A DNA stretch of 64,000 nucleotides, taken from assembly GCA_973895155.1 (NCBI GenBank), contig OZ316896.1, forward strand, positions 15,500,576 to 15,564,575, written 5' to 3'. A program made the translations under genes and the position numbers. Of this stretch, positions 37,858 to 50,200 are shown piece after piece (within the stretch, counting starts at the first letter, position 1; every line of letters starts with the position of its first letter). The stretch is from Marsupella aquatica. Lineage: Eukaryota; Plantae; Marchantiophyta. The notes below the pieces were generated by a model. The model did not search any database and was not told the DNA's origin. It saw only the letters and a program-made list of their open reading frames with translations.

Positions 37858-39439
37858 CTCCCCCTTGGCTATATAGTGATAACTATGTAGACAAAAAGTC
37901 TTCTAACTAGATTCTCATGCTTATAAACATGGTATGATTTGAGTACAAATGAGGAAGGTACTGCCTCGTTAAAACCTTTAACAGCTCTCAAAAACTCTAT
38001 CAGGGTAATAGAGGAAAAAAAAAATCTTGGCTCTAAAAGAAAAAGAGTACAACCTTGTCGGTCCTCAAGTGAATCCGATGGTATGTGGAGTTAACAGCAA
38101 CAACTCCACTCCGTCAAAATGAACAAGTTGTCGTATGCTCAACGACTCAACAACAATGCGATATGTCTCCAAATCGCTCACCATCGCGCATACATCCGCA
38201 CATACATCCTCGCATCGAATACAAATTAAAACATATATGAAAAAATGATTAGTAATTAAGTTATTATCATAAAATCACTTGTCCGTGGCTCATCTGCGCA
38301 AAGTGTAAAGTATAATAATAAATAATGTCATCTCGTGCAACTGAGTGCGTAAAGTATGGGATGTAAAAAGTCCGAAAAATATGATCTCCCCCTCAAAACA
38401 AGGTTTCGAGGAATATATTATTCTTGTAAAACTCAAATATCCAAACTCTCCCTTAGAGTTCAAGGACTCCTAATTAGATTCTTAAATAGAGGGTTCTTGT
38501 GCAAAATGCACAATTCGCAAGCGTGTGTAGTCGACACACAAAGAAATCTCTCAATCTTAGATTTCAAAAACATGTAGTATCAAATAGTTTTTATGTGAAA
38601 AATAATCTGCAGCACCAAAGGGTGTGCATTCACAACACCAGCGGGTGTGTGTATAATATGGCACGTCTGCCCTGCACGTCTGCAGTTCTCATATTTTGAC
38701 AAAAAGTGTCAAGTCAATATAACTTCCCAAATAACCCTGTGGAGTCCAAACATTCAGTCGAACGTCCATGTGTGTCATAGCACAGAAAAATGCTAGCTCA
38801 AAATGATTCGCTATCTTGCGGAGGTAAAGTGATATTCATAAACGTCAAACAACTCCGCATAAAATAGTTTAGAGCTAGTGATAGTCAAAAGATCCCACTT
38901 AATGACCAAGTACCAAAATGTACTTGTAGTGGGTAAATCAAGTGTGATTGGGGTTTGAGAAAATAAACTTTCTCCCCCTAAATATGCATTTTATGCATAT
39001 ATTATAGTTGAAAGCTAGAATTAAGTTGGACCGGACAAAGTTATGGGGTTTGCCCATATTAACCTCTCATTACTCATTCTGATTTGAGTTTACTTTGGGT
39101 TTCTAAATATTCACAGTTAAACCCCTAAAGGGTTATTGATTATCCGCTTTTGGATATGGCCGGAAACTAAGGTCATGGAACTAACCTGAAGTACTGTACC
39201 TTAGATTATTCTGGATCTTTCGTGAGAAACATATCTGCCATCGATCACTGCATCTCAGAAAATCTATACCTTACCAAAATATCTCAAAAACTAGGTCATA
39301 GAGCATGGTTAAAGGTATGGTATTAGTTCCATACTTAAAAACTATCATCTCGCCGAACAATGGCTATAAAAGCTCTCGTTGAGGTTGTTTATGGTGTAAA
39401 GACCATGAGGATAAGACCCTTAAGTAAGATATTGTCCTA

Positions 39440-39790
39440 ATGTAGGGTGTAAATGGGTGTAAACCCATGTCAATTGGTGTAAAAGTTGTAAATGGTCAAT
39501 TTACACACAAAAAGTGTATGGACCAAAGTTACTCCCCCTGATGGTGTAAATTGGTGTAAACCAGTGTAAATGCTATAAGCAAGTGTAATCTGGTGTAACC
39601 AGTGTAAACAAGTATAAACCCAATGTAAAGTATGGGATTATACAATTGTAAGACATACACCAGTGTAAACTGGTGTCATGAGGTATAATCTAGGATGGTA
39701 TCATTAGGTGTAAACTAGGGGTGTAAAATGGTGTAAAAACCATTTTGTGATTGAAGTGGGTGTAACAACCACTTTGTAAATGGAAAGTAG
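39440..39790. repeat. (GG)TGTAAA-rich low-complexity repeat inside the LTR element
   Basis: Dense irregular copies of GGTGTAAA/AGTGTAAA. Confidence 0.75.
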
Positions 39791-41247
39791 AGGTATTTGG
39801 TATAAAACCATTATTTCCAATGTGCAAAGTCAAGTAAGGGTGGTATGACATGTAAATATGTCAAATGCATGTAAAGCATGTGTTGCACATGTAAGGCATG
39901 TTAATGTATGCAAATTCAACAAGTGACATGTAATTTCCCTAAACCAGTTGATGTGTTTACATGTGTAAATTTGCAATGTGCACTTATCATTTTCCATTTC
40001 ATTTGTTTATCCATAAGTGCAAAACATCCGTTGTCAACAAGATTTTCTTTGTTAATATGTGCATATATGGATAGTTTTTCAAAAATGAAGATTTTGCACT
40101 GAAACACATGGGATTCTCTTGTCTTTGGATAAGTGCACCCAAGCATTTGTATTTCAGAAACTCTTTACTATACTGTGCGTTTAATGAGGGTTGCACTTAT
40201 CTGGTGTTCGAGTTTTTCTCGAGGATTTTGAGATCGAATGTTGCATGTTTAAGTCACTCATGTGTGTCTCTTGAAATCTCACTTGTCGCTTTGGCTCATT
40301 CTTTGATTGCGATCAACTTCTCAGGCTCATTCTTGGACAAGCACAACATGCCATATTTAGGATTCAGAAAATGCTATCAGATCTAGACCCCACAATGATG
40401 ATTCATTTCTTTCGTTGGATGCCATCTCCCGTACGTTCACAACCAAAGCCAAGATGTTCTTCCTCCACGACACTTGCTTCTATCTTCTCCAATTTGATAC
40501 GACTGTATCAAATGGCTCTTATTGGAATCTTCATTGAATCAGCAAACGACCAATTCAACATCCATGTGTGGCCTCTTGTAATGCCTGTACTTCACTCGAT
40601 CGTGTGTAATGGGCATTTCCTTTCATCCTTTATGGCTCGCAGATCGACCAACAAGAAACTGTCAGTGGTTGAGAAACATTGTGAAATTCAGGGAAAGAGA
40701 AGGCGCCTGCGTTCGTCCCTTATGAGGTTAGGGTTTTGAAATTTTTTCTTATGATCCCGATCGGGTCCTGATTTGCTCTCGATCCACCCAGCTTCATTCA
40801 AGGCTGTCTCTGTTTGGCTTCCGGTCTCTGCTCTTCTCTTTCTGCCTCTTGTTAAGGTTGTCAACTCATCGCCTCGAGTGATTTAGGTTGATCTAGCCTG
40901 GTTGGGTAGAAGGAAGCAGTGCGGCTGAACTCGATCTCTCTTGCCTCAGCCATAGCTTTCCACTTGACTCAAATCATTGCCTTGAATACCGTTTTCCCAC
41001 ACGATCTTCAGAATCACCCTTCAAAACAAAATTTCTTTTGATCATATCACAGCCTTCATAAGCTTGCTCTCGGCGCGACCACAATGCTACATCCTGTCGT
41101 TGCTTCAACGTGACTCATGTTCTCTTGGTGGTGCAAACTACTAGCCTTCTCACTCCCAATTCAATTCTCCTCCATAACTTGGAAATCCTTAAGAGAACAT
41201 TCATTCATCATAGCCATAGGGAAATTCCTAAAAAAAATTCATGATCA

Positions 41248-41279
41248 AGCTCAGCTGGTCTAGAGTCGTGCTGATAACG
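41248..41279 (-). promoter_or_regulatory. Extended primer-binding site complementary to the 5' half of tRNA-Ile(IAU)
   Basis: The plus strand reads AGCTCAGCTGGTCTAGAGTCGTGCTGATAACG, resembling the D-arm through anticodon arm of eukaryotic tRNA-Ile(AAU). It directly abuts the LTR. Confidence 0.75.
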
Positions 41280-41421
41280 TGTTGAGGAATGATGCGGGAA
41301 ATGATAATGAGATTCCTCTCTATAGAATGAATGGGTGCATCTCTATATATAGTCTCCGTCTGAGTTATCTTATACGGTAACTATGGTTAAGGTAACCATG
41401 GAGTCTAGTTAGGGTATAACA
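41280..41421 (-). repeat. 5' LTR of the Bianca-like element
   Basis: Identical to 37716-37857 and followed by the TSD GAATC. Confidence 0.95.
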
Positions 41422-42434
41422 GAATCTCTATCGAAAAGTGGGACCCTTCATGTACTCTCAGATAATGAAACCGTTGACCTGGCAACACTGGTGCCAAAAA
41501 TTCTCTATATTACTTCTCATGGGGTCCCTAATGACTTCTCACCCAAAAACATAAAGTCATGAAAGAAAACTCCGATGAGCAATTAAAAGGGGAAGGGTGG
41601 CACTATCCTGAAGCTTTTGTTTCTCCTTCACTAACGTTAGGAAGAAATAGCATCTTCCCAAGGTGAAATCTATGAAATGTGCTAATTAAATATTATTTGA
41701 ATATAAACTAACAATAAGATACTATCATAAAGCATAGGCAAGCCTCAAAAGAACATATAGAGCTAATCAGGGGGTCTATGAGAAGAGAATTACAAATACT
41801 AAGAGGGGGCCAAAAACACTAAGAGGGGCCAAAAGATGGTACCTTCCATTTAGAATGTCTCTTTGTGATAGAGCACCCTGACATTGTGTTTCCAAAAGAG
41901 GCATTAGGGGGTTTCAAACCTCAAAACTTAATGTACCTTAACTATTAGGTTCATGTTACAGACACAACTAACAAATTCATACAGCTTTTTATTAACTTGT
42001 CGCCAAATTTTTGGCCCTCGTAATTACTCAGGAATTCAAACACAGCAGGGAAGGTCAAGGGGGGTCATGGTGGGTTAGGGCTAGCTAGTAGTGATTTTCC
42101 ACTTGGCAATGGGAACTCGTATGTGAGTTAATACTAACCCGAATACAAAATGGAATGGGGGGCGGGTTGATAAAGAAGTTTGTTTGGGGGACATGTTAGT
42201 AACATCAGGTAGTTTGGAGGACAGGTTAGTGAAAAGCTCTGTAACCCATGAATATTGCTGTAAAAAATGATCATATGCCATGACCATTAAGTCATGGCCA
42301 ACCCTACAGGCTATATACTGAACATAAATAATTTAGAAAGCCCTGAAAATAGCTAGCTAGGATCAATTCTTCATGGCCAACGGCCATCATCTGTAACAAT
42401 GAAGGTTTGAGACGCACTTGATATTATAGTCACA

Positions 42435-43600
42435 CTAGCCCAATGCCTGTGCATTGCACGAAAGATGTCAAGGTGACAAAAGATGTCAAGGAGAGAAAAG
42501 ATGTCAAGGTGATAAAAGATGTCGAGGAGAGAAAAGATGTCGAGGTGATAAAAGATGTCGAGGAGAGAAAATATGTCCAGGTGATAAAAGATGTCAATGA
42601 GAGAAAAGATGTTGAGGTGAGCAAAAGACGTCAAGGTGATAGAAGATGTCGAGGAGAGAAAAGATTTTAAAGAGAGAAAAGATGTCCAAGTGAGAAACAT
42701 ATGTCCAGGAGAGAAAAGATATTGAGATGACAAAAAATTGAGGAGAGAAAATATGTCTAGGTTAACAAAAGATGTTGAGGAGAGAAACGTGTGCAAATGA
42801 GAGAAAAAGATTTTGAGCAGAAAGAGATGTAAAGTAGAGCAACAGATTTTGAGGTGAGAAAATAAACTTGACACTTGTTCCACCCCTTACCTGCATCTGG
42901 AAGGGGCAAGATGAAGCCTCTCCCTCCCTCTTTTCTCATCCATGTGCCCCCCTTCCCCTTTCTCCTTGCCTCTCCCTCCTTTTGCTTTGTTTCGAAGGCT
43001 TTCTTTGGGACAATAAAACCATAGTAATATTTGTCATAGTTTATGTGTGTGAAAGTCTCATTATTTTGGCACAATGTATATACAAATAGCCCGATGCCCG
43101 TGTGTTGCCCAGACAATGTTGAGGTGAGAAAAAGACATTGAGGTGAGGAAAGGATATCAAGGAGATAAAAAGATGATGAGATGAGAAAATGACGTTGAGG
43201 TGAGAAAACTATGTCGAGGAGAGAAAGATGTTAGTGAGAAAAACATTAATGAGAGAAAAAATGTCAAGGTGAGAAAATGATATTAAGGTGAGCAAATCAT
43301 GTCCATGAGAGAAAAAAATATGTGAAAATGAGAATATGATGCTGAGATGAGTAAAAGATGTCAAAGAGAAAATATCTCGAGAAGAGAAAATATATCAAGG
43401 TGAGAAAATGTTGAGGTGAAAAAAGATGTTGAGGAGAGAAAAATATGTCAATGTGAAATTGAAAAGAACATTGGGGTGACGAAAATATCTCGAGAGAAAA
43501 CATGTTAATATGATAAAAAGTAGAGATAAAGAGATGTCAAGATGAGAAAAATATGTCAAAGAGAGAAGAATTGTCAAGCTGAGTCAAAGATATTGAGGCA
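42435..43600 (-). mobile_element. Non-autonomous Helitron(s) with two tandem 3'-end/minisatellite blocks
   Basis: Minus strand reads ...CGTGCAATGCACAGGCATTGGGCTAG|T ending at 42435, preceded by GAGAGAAAAGATGTC(A/G)AG repeats (42460-42865). A second, degenerate end GGGCAACACACGGGCATCGGGCTAT at ~43087-43111 is preceded by a second repeat block (43115-43600). Confidence 0.72.
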
Positions 43601-44727
43601 ATGTATGTCCCAAGGTGCTATTGTGAAAGCAATGTTGTGGAAAGGGTGAGAGCCCCGGGGTCCTCACTTCTTTCCTTCCGACCCATCGCGCGCGAAGAAG
43701 TTAGGGGTTTTTTAATTCAACTACGCGGAAGACTTTAGAAGATTTGTTGAAGAAATATAGGGCTTTTTTAATCCAATTTTGAGACTTATAAGAACTATAG
43801 GGTTTTTTAATACCAGGTGTGAGAATATTCCTAGAATATTCCATAAAGTTAGGGGTTAAAAAATCTACTTTATTTTCTTAAGTTTTAGGGTGTTTATTAC
43901 TTGAAAACTTCGCGCTTGATATGAGACCTCCCTTGGAGTGAGGCCCCCAAGGGGAGAGCATGGGAGGGAACGCAAGACCGGGGGGGGGGGAGGCTGGGGT
44001 GTTACAGGGTCAAGTGTGGTCGCCCTCAGCTATATGGAGGGAGAGAAATTTACATTTTTTCCCTTTTTTTTCTTCAATCTCCTCTTGTGTGCCCTTCCTT
44101 TCTCTCTTTCCAGTCTCCCATCCTGGCTCTTTGGCACCCTCCCTCCCTTTCCAACATGATTAAGAAAGAGAAGAAGAAACAACATGGAGCAAAAGATAAA
44201 GGATATTTGGCAAAAAAACAAAACAAATCTGATACCAATGTTATGCACATGTCATTTTTGAAAATAGTTAGCCAGCACATGTATTTTGTAAACACCTACC
44301 TTAGAAGAAAAAATATCCATGGTATTCACTTCCATAGGTGATCCCTTTCACTCAATCCAAGGGTGTCAAAATCATTGAAATATATTGATATATTGGTTTG
44401 TTCCTTCTTTTCCACTTTGTAGATTGCACTAACTCTTTGAGATGGGTTTCTATATATTTTTATTCTAGGGGCCATTGTGTCTTTGGTCAATAAGGTTATT
44501 GCAATAAAGAATATAGGATTGAATGTTAATGTAACTTGGAAAAAGTACTTTATAGAGATTAAAAAAACACAATGTTTTCATCTACTCCTAGTAAACTTAA
44601 TTTGTTTCCATTTTCCTATAAATCATCCCTTTTGAACTAACAACTTAATTTATATTGTACCTTGTCTATACTTTTTACTTTAAGTGAATGGGGCAATCAT
44701 GTGGGTCTACTTAGATTTTCTTGTCAG

Positions 44728-44808
44728 ACCCATCCACCCATGATAGCCACATGTCAACTCAATTCCCACCCATCCACCCATGATAGCCACATGTCAACTC
44801 AATTCCCA
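44728..44808. repeat. Perfect 40-bp tandem duplication
   Basis: ACCCATCCACCCATGATAGCCACATGTCAACTCAATTCCC at 44728 and 44768. Confidence 0.9.
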
Positions 44809-46867
44809 ATGACCTTTTTCTAGATGTTTGTGTACGAGTCTAGGTGTGGGTGGAAGCCCATCTGTGTCTCATGCTAGGACAAACTCTTTATTCTTCCTTA
44901 CACAGATCTGATGGGCAGAAAAATTTGAGTTTTAAATCCAATGGTTATAATGAGTTCCCTCCAAAAGTGAATTTTGTAAGCGGACGATGAACACAAAAAG
45001 ACAGGATTGTATATTATAGTAAGTAGATATGGATGCTATGCTTGAATGCTTGCACTTGGTGAGGCACCTATTAAAATCGTTGCACTGAAGCTCACATGTA
45101 CGCAAAGAGCATGGGTAAATTAAATATAGATTCTACTAGTCATATCTTTTGCAAATTAATGCACAATACTCCACAAATCAGTATTCGACAGCAGATATGG
45201 TTAATACCATCCTGATCTGCATCTGGATGGTAACATTTATTTGGCTATCTTCGTATTTAATCTTTTAGGTTCTTCTATGTTCCCCTCGTTTCTATATAAT
45301 TTTATGATTTGAATAATATTTATTCATGATAACACATTTCATCTTATTGTGAAGCCAAATATTTCTAGCTACTTATCACACTCTAAAGACTTGGGAACCC
45401 CAAACCACCAAGCAAATGGGAGAAAATCTTATCACATGTTATAACCAATCAGCTTATCTATGATTCAAATATTCTAGCTTAGAAGGTGAAGAGATGTTTC
45501 TAAATTATCAAAATATCCCTATAACTGACAGTTCAAGTCCTGCTCAAATCTTGCATGTCATCTCCTGCTGCCCTGCAATTATGTGCATTTGCCTTGTTTT
45601 TTCAGACTGACATGTGCAACTTCAAGGATATCTCCTTTTAGGAACTTCCTTTATTGCCCATCACAATCTCATGCCCACTTGCTTCAACTTGTTGTTTTGA
45701 ATGAATTGTCCAATTTGCTGGGTACACTGTCCGCATATCAGTTGTACACAAGTTCTTGTTTAAAGAAAGTTTGTCAATTTTTTGTTTGGTATGTAGGACA
45801 ATTTGGTTAGAAAGGGTTTCCTCAACTATATGAACCAACCCCCCCCCCTCCTCTTCAGTGTGACATTTTGAACACTCTAAAGCTTTTAAAATGAAAGTTC
45901 TTTTTACTATTTTTACGCTAATGATTTGTAATGTTCTTAGGATATTCCAAAATTTGGTTGAAAAGGCCATAGCTTTTCTTTAAGCCTCAAAATTTGATTT
46001 AAATGACCCTAATGTTTTTCCACAACAATTATAAAGTTTTTCTTTAAAAGTAAGAAAATGATCGTATGCTTCATTTCACGTGATTTGTTGTTTTCATGGA
46101 AAAGAGACCCCCCAGTCCAAACCCAGGCTGCGCAAGAATAGGATTTGACAACTTGAATTCCCTTTTGACAATCAGAGATGGAGGAGAATTCTCGACTTGA
46201 CTAAGGATATTGCCTCTACATTACGTCTGCCCACACTCTCAGCTCTTGACTATAGACCAAACCTATTGTTGAGGTTAGATTATCGATGTCAGTGAGCAAT
46301 ATGGGATTCTAAGGCAAAACTTAGCGAGCATTTTGAAATTTACTGGCATTACACCATCTTGCGAGACACCATGTTGCAAGTGCAAAAGATCACACCTGCC
46401 ACGCAACCAAGTAGAGTAGGGTGATGAGTCACTTTTGACAGTGGGCAACACACCAGGGAGAGAAGTGTACGACATCGAATCTACATCCTTTGATATTGCG
46501 AGATTTAGAGACTAAAGTTGGATCTGGCAACTGTGGTCTCAAAAGAGCAACCCAAGACTATAAAATTGGGCCATAAATTATCATGTTTTTCCTGAGCAAT
46601 GGTACCCAGCCCAAATTTTGGGGTAAGAATGTGACCAAATATTGCCAATAAGTAAAACATAGCCGACTGCTTTGCCCGTCCTCGTGTTTTCTGCATAAAT
46701 TATGACAACAGCAAACACTGAAAGAAGGCATGTTAAAGGACAAAAAACCTTTAGAAAAGTACCAAAACACGCTTACAGTCAGAGAGACAATCATAAGATG
46801 GAATGACGCATAATGAAACTATTCTCTGAAGTTTTGTGGAAACATCTGACTGAATTGGGCATATGAT

Positions 46868-47208
46868 TGAAGGAATTTCTGAGAATGCTTGATTAGTCCT
46901 CGGAAGCGAGGTGGATTATATACAGTATTAACGTCAGACCGTTGAGAGCCAGAAAGAGTAAGAGCCATGGATTAAGATCCACCAGAAGTGACGAACAGAG
47001 GCGATGAGCGGCAGCGGAGGTAGAGTATCCTAAGTGGGTTTTGTCCCAAGCGACTAATGGCCAATAGTAATTAGGTAACTGGACTAATACTAAATGACTA
47101 ACCGTAAGCAAATTAATTACAGTGTGGCGACGGCTCTACTAAATGGTTGAGGCAGTTGGCATGATGGTGGGAGAATCTTGAGACAGCGCAAGTCTCAGAT
47201 TTCCAACA
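46868..47208 (-). repeat. 3' LTR of the copia element
   Basis: TGAAGGAATTTC...TTTCCAACA, matching 51827-52167. Confidence 0.95.
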
Positions 47209-47297
47209 CCCCCTCTTGACCACATCTTGCAGACTGCATATAGACACCAAAAAAGGACGATCAGACTGAAGCATCCCGGCGGAGCAGTGAACTCAAA

Positions 47298-50200
47298 TCA
47301 ATCAAGAGATTTCATTCCTAGTTGGCCTCTATTTCTGTTGAACTTTAATTTTGAGAGTGCCTTCGTAAAGATGTCAGCAACTTGTTCTTCAGATTTCACA
47401 TGTTGAACTGAGATCTCTCCTTCTAGCACTCTTTCCCGGATGAAGTGATGATGTATCTCAAGATGTTTGGTTCGAGCATGAAAGACTGGATTCTTGGCCA
47501 ACTTGATTGCACTCATGTTGTCACAGTGCAAATGCAAGTCCTGGACTGTCGGGGCAGAAGACCTCTCAAGGTCCATTGAGATGTCAGAATTCTTGTGCCT
47601 TAATTTGCCTGGTGCAATTTTGTTCTGCCGTAGCTCCTCAATCAGTCTTTTCAGGTAGACGCCCTCCTGAGCTCCATCAGATAGGGCCCTATATTCCGCT
47701 TCAGTGGTGGAACGTGACACAGTGGGCTGGCGTTTGCTGCTCCAGGCAATTGGACCAGCAGCAATTTTGTAAACATACCCCCCGGTAGACCTTCGTGTGT
47801 CAGGGCAGGAGTTCCCCCAGTCTGCATCAGTGTATCCTTCAAATCTCGAGCGGGCCCCCCTTCTCATAGAACACACCGTGGCCAGTGGTTCCTTTAATAT
47901 AACGAACAATGTGCATGGCCGCGTCGAAGTGAGCCTGCTGTGGTTGACTCATGAACCTACTCACTAACCCAACGGAAAATGAAATGTCTGGTCTGGTATT
48001 AGTAAGATATATTAGTTTGCCTACTAACTGACAGTAGGTTGTGATGTCCATGTTGGGAGTGTTGGTATCGGCCGACAACTCTAGACCTTCTGGTAGAGGC
48101 GTAGCAGTAGGCTGACAACACTCCATGCCGTAGTCGAGTACTAATTGATTAGCATAGATCTGTTGGTGTAAAAGTATACCTTTAGTTGAGCGATGGAAGT
48201 CCACTCCAAGATAACGCTTGGCGGTTCCAAGGTCCTTCATCTCATATTTTGACTGAAGTTGTTGCTTGAGTTCAGCAATCAACTGATCTCCGCTCCCCGT
48301 GATAAGCAAGTCATCTACGAAAAGTAGAATAATTGCTGTCTTGCCATCCCGCTCTTGAAAGTATAGATTGGGATCTAGAGAGCTCCTTGTGCACCCAACT
48401 GACCTGATCGAGAAAAGCATCCATCTCTTCATACCACGCTCTGGGGCTTTGCTTGAGACCGTAAATTGACCTCCGTAATCTGCAAACAAGTTCTTCTCGA
48501 CCGGGAATAAGAAACCCAGGTGGTTGTTTCATGAATATAGTTTCCTTTAAGGTGCTATTGAGAAAGGCCGTTACCACATCCATGTGTAGGAGAGGCCAGC
48601 CGAGTGCAGCAGCGAGAGCTACAATTAGACGGACAGTAGACCATCTGACCACAGGAGCAAACGTTTCTTCATAGTCCAGCCCCTCTCTTTGCTCGTTGCC
48701 CCTTGCCACCACCCGAGCTTTGAATTTAGAGTTGCCAATGTGATCAATCTTCTCTCTGAGAACCCATCTTGCAGATAGTGCCTTCTCCCCCGGGGGAAGA
48801 TTGACGAGGTCCCATGTGCCATTTTTTTCGTGGGCTTGAAGTTCCATTTGCATGGCTTGGACCCAGTGAGGGTCATTCAGGGCAGCACTAAGCTGTATGT
48901 CATTGGTGGATTCGGCAATGAGAGACAGACAAAGAGCAGTTATCTCAGCAGATAGTGAGACGTGGAAATCATCGTACTTGGCCGGGAGTTTGGTGATACG
49001 ACCAGATGGAGGCCGGGTACGTTCAGGAGGTCGGTGACGAGCCCGACGAATGGTAGCAGGTGGAAGCTCTGGGGGTAAGGAGTCGGGAGATGATTAAGGA
49101 GCCTGGTCATTGGAGTCGGATGGATCCTCCGGTAGAGCAAGATCTTCAGAGTTGGCCGGCACAGTCAGAGTTGGAGATGGGTCTGGCCGGGACTCGTCGT
49201 CATCAGAAGAAAATAGATCAAACAAGCTTTCCTTGTCAGAGGATGAGGACGGTGAGAAATTCCCTGGGATAGTTTCGTCCACAATAACATCACGGGAAAT
49301 GAGAATTTTGTGGGTGGCAGGATCAAAGCAGCGATAGGCCTTGCTTTGATCATCATAGCCAACCAGAACACATTTAATTGACTTGACATCAAGCTTGTGA
49401 CGTAATTCCTTGGGAATGTGAACGTGGGCGGTGCTGCCAATGATTCTGAAGTGACTCACGTCAGGTTTAGTGGTCGTCAGGCATTCAAACGGTGTAGACA
49501 GGTTGAGAGCACGCGTGCTACAGCGATTATTAATGTAGTTTGCAGTGCGTAGGAGCTCCTCCCAAAGGAATGCAGGGGCGTTGGATCCAAATGCTAGTGA
49601 TCTGACAATGTCTAGCAAGGTGCGATTTTTCCTTTCCGCAACTCCATTCTGATGGGGAGTCCTAGCTACAGTTAGCTGTCGGGATATACCGTGTGCCTGG
49701 CAGAAGGACCGAAATAATTCAGAGGTGTACTCACCTCCTCTATCACTACGTAGACAAGCAACCTTTGAGTTAAAGGTTACTTCTGCTTGTTGTTTAAAGA
49801 TTTTGAATACATCGAGAGCTTGACTCTTGAATTTAAGAGAATAGACCCATGTGTACCTTGAGTAGTCGTCAGTGAATGTAATGATGTACCTTGCACCGGA
49901 GAGTGAGGGTACTGGGAGAGGTCCGCACAAGTCAGTGTGGATCAACTCCAGTGGTTGTTTTGATCGAGAGACAGCTGCCTTGGGGATCTTGTGACGAGTT
50001 TGTTTGCCCTTCATACAGGTTTCACACACACATGTGTCTGACTTAAGAATGGGTGCCCCAGTGATAAGATTGTGCCGTGTCATATGAGCCAGCCGCTGGG
50101 AACTAGAGTGTCCCAGACGCTGATGCCAAAGCTGTTGGTCAGAGAGTCGAGATTCGGTGAGGTGGCATTGAGTTGCTACCTTAGGATGAAGAATCGTTCG

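Larger units (their letters stand above)
37716..41421 (-). mobile_element. Non-autonomous Ty1/copia Bianca-like LTR retrotransposon (3.7 kb), very recent
   Basis: Two identical 142-bp TG...CA LTRs. Perfect GAATC TSD (37711-37715 and 41422-41426). PBS CGTTATCAGCACGAC adjacent to the 5' LTR and PPT AAGGGGGAG at 37858-37866. Bianca-type internal motif GCCTCGTTAAAACCTT...AAAAAGAGTACA at ~37963-38051. No gag/pol ORF. Confidence 0.9.

Noticed and set aside
41248-41279. Possible tRNA-Ile gene
   Set aside because: Only a 5' half is present, with no T-arm or acceptor stem. It abuts an LTR, so it is a PBS.
42371-42883. 170-aa ORF with LDIFYHLDIFSL repeats
   Set aside because: It is a translation of the Helitron subterminal minisatellite.
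43685-43920. Telomere-like TTAGGG(G) motifs with a short inverted GCGCGAAG/CTTCGCGC pair
   Set aside because: The motifs are scattered rather than tandem. It may be a decayed MITE, but boundaries and TSD could not be supported.
46893-47111. 72-aa ORF duplicated at 51852-52070
   Set aside because: The duplication simply reflects the two LTRs; there is no evidence of coding.
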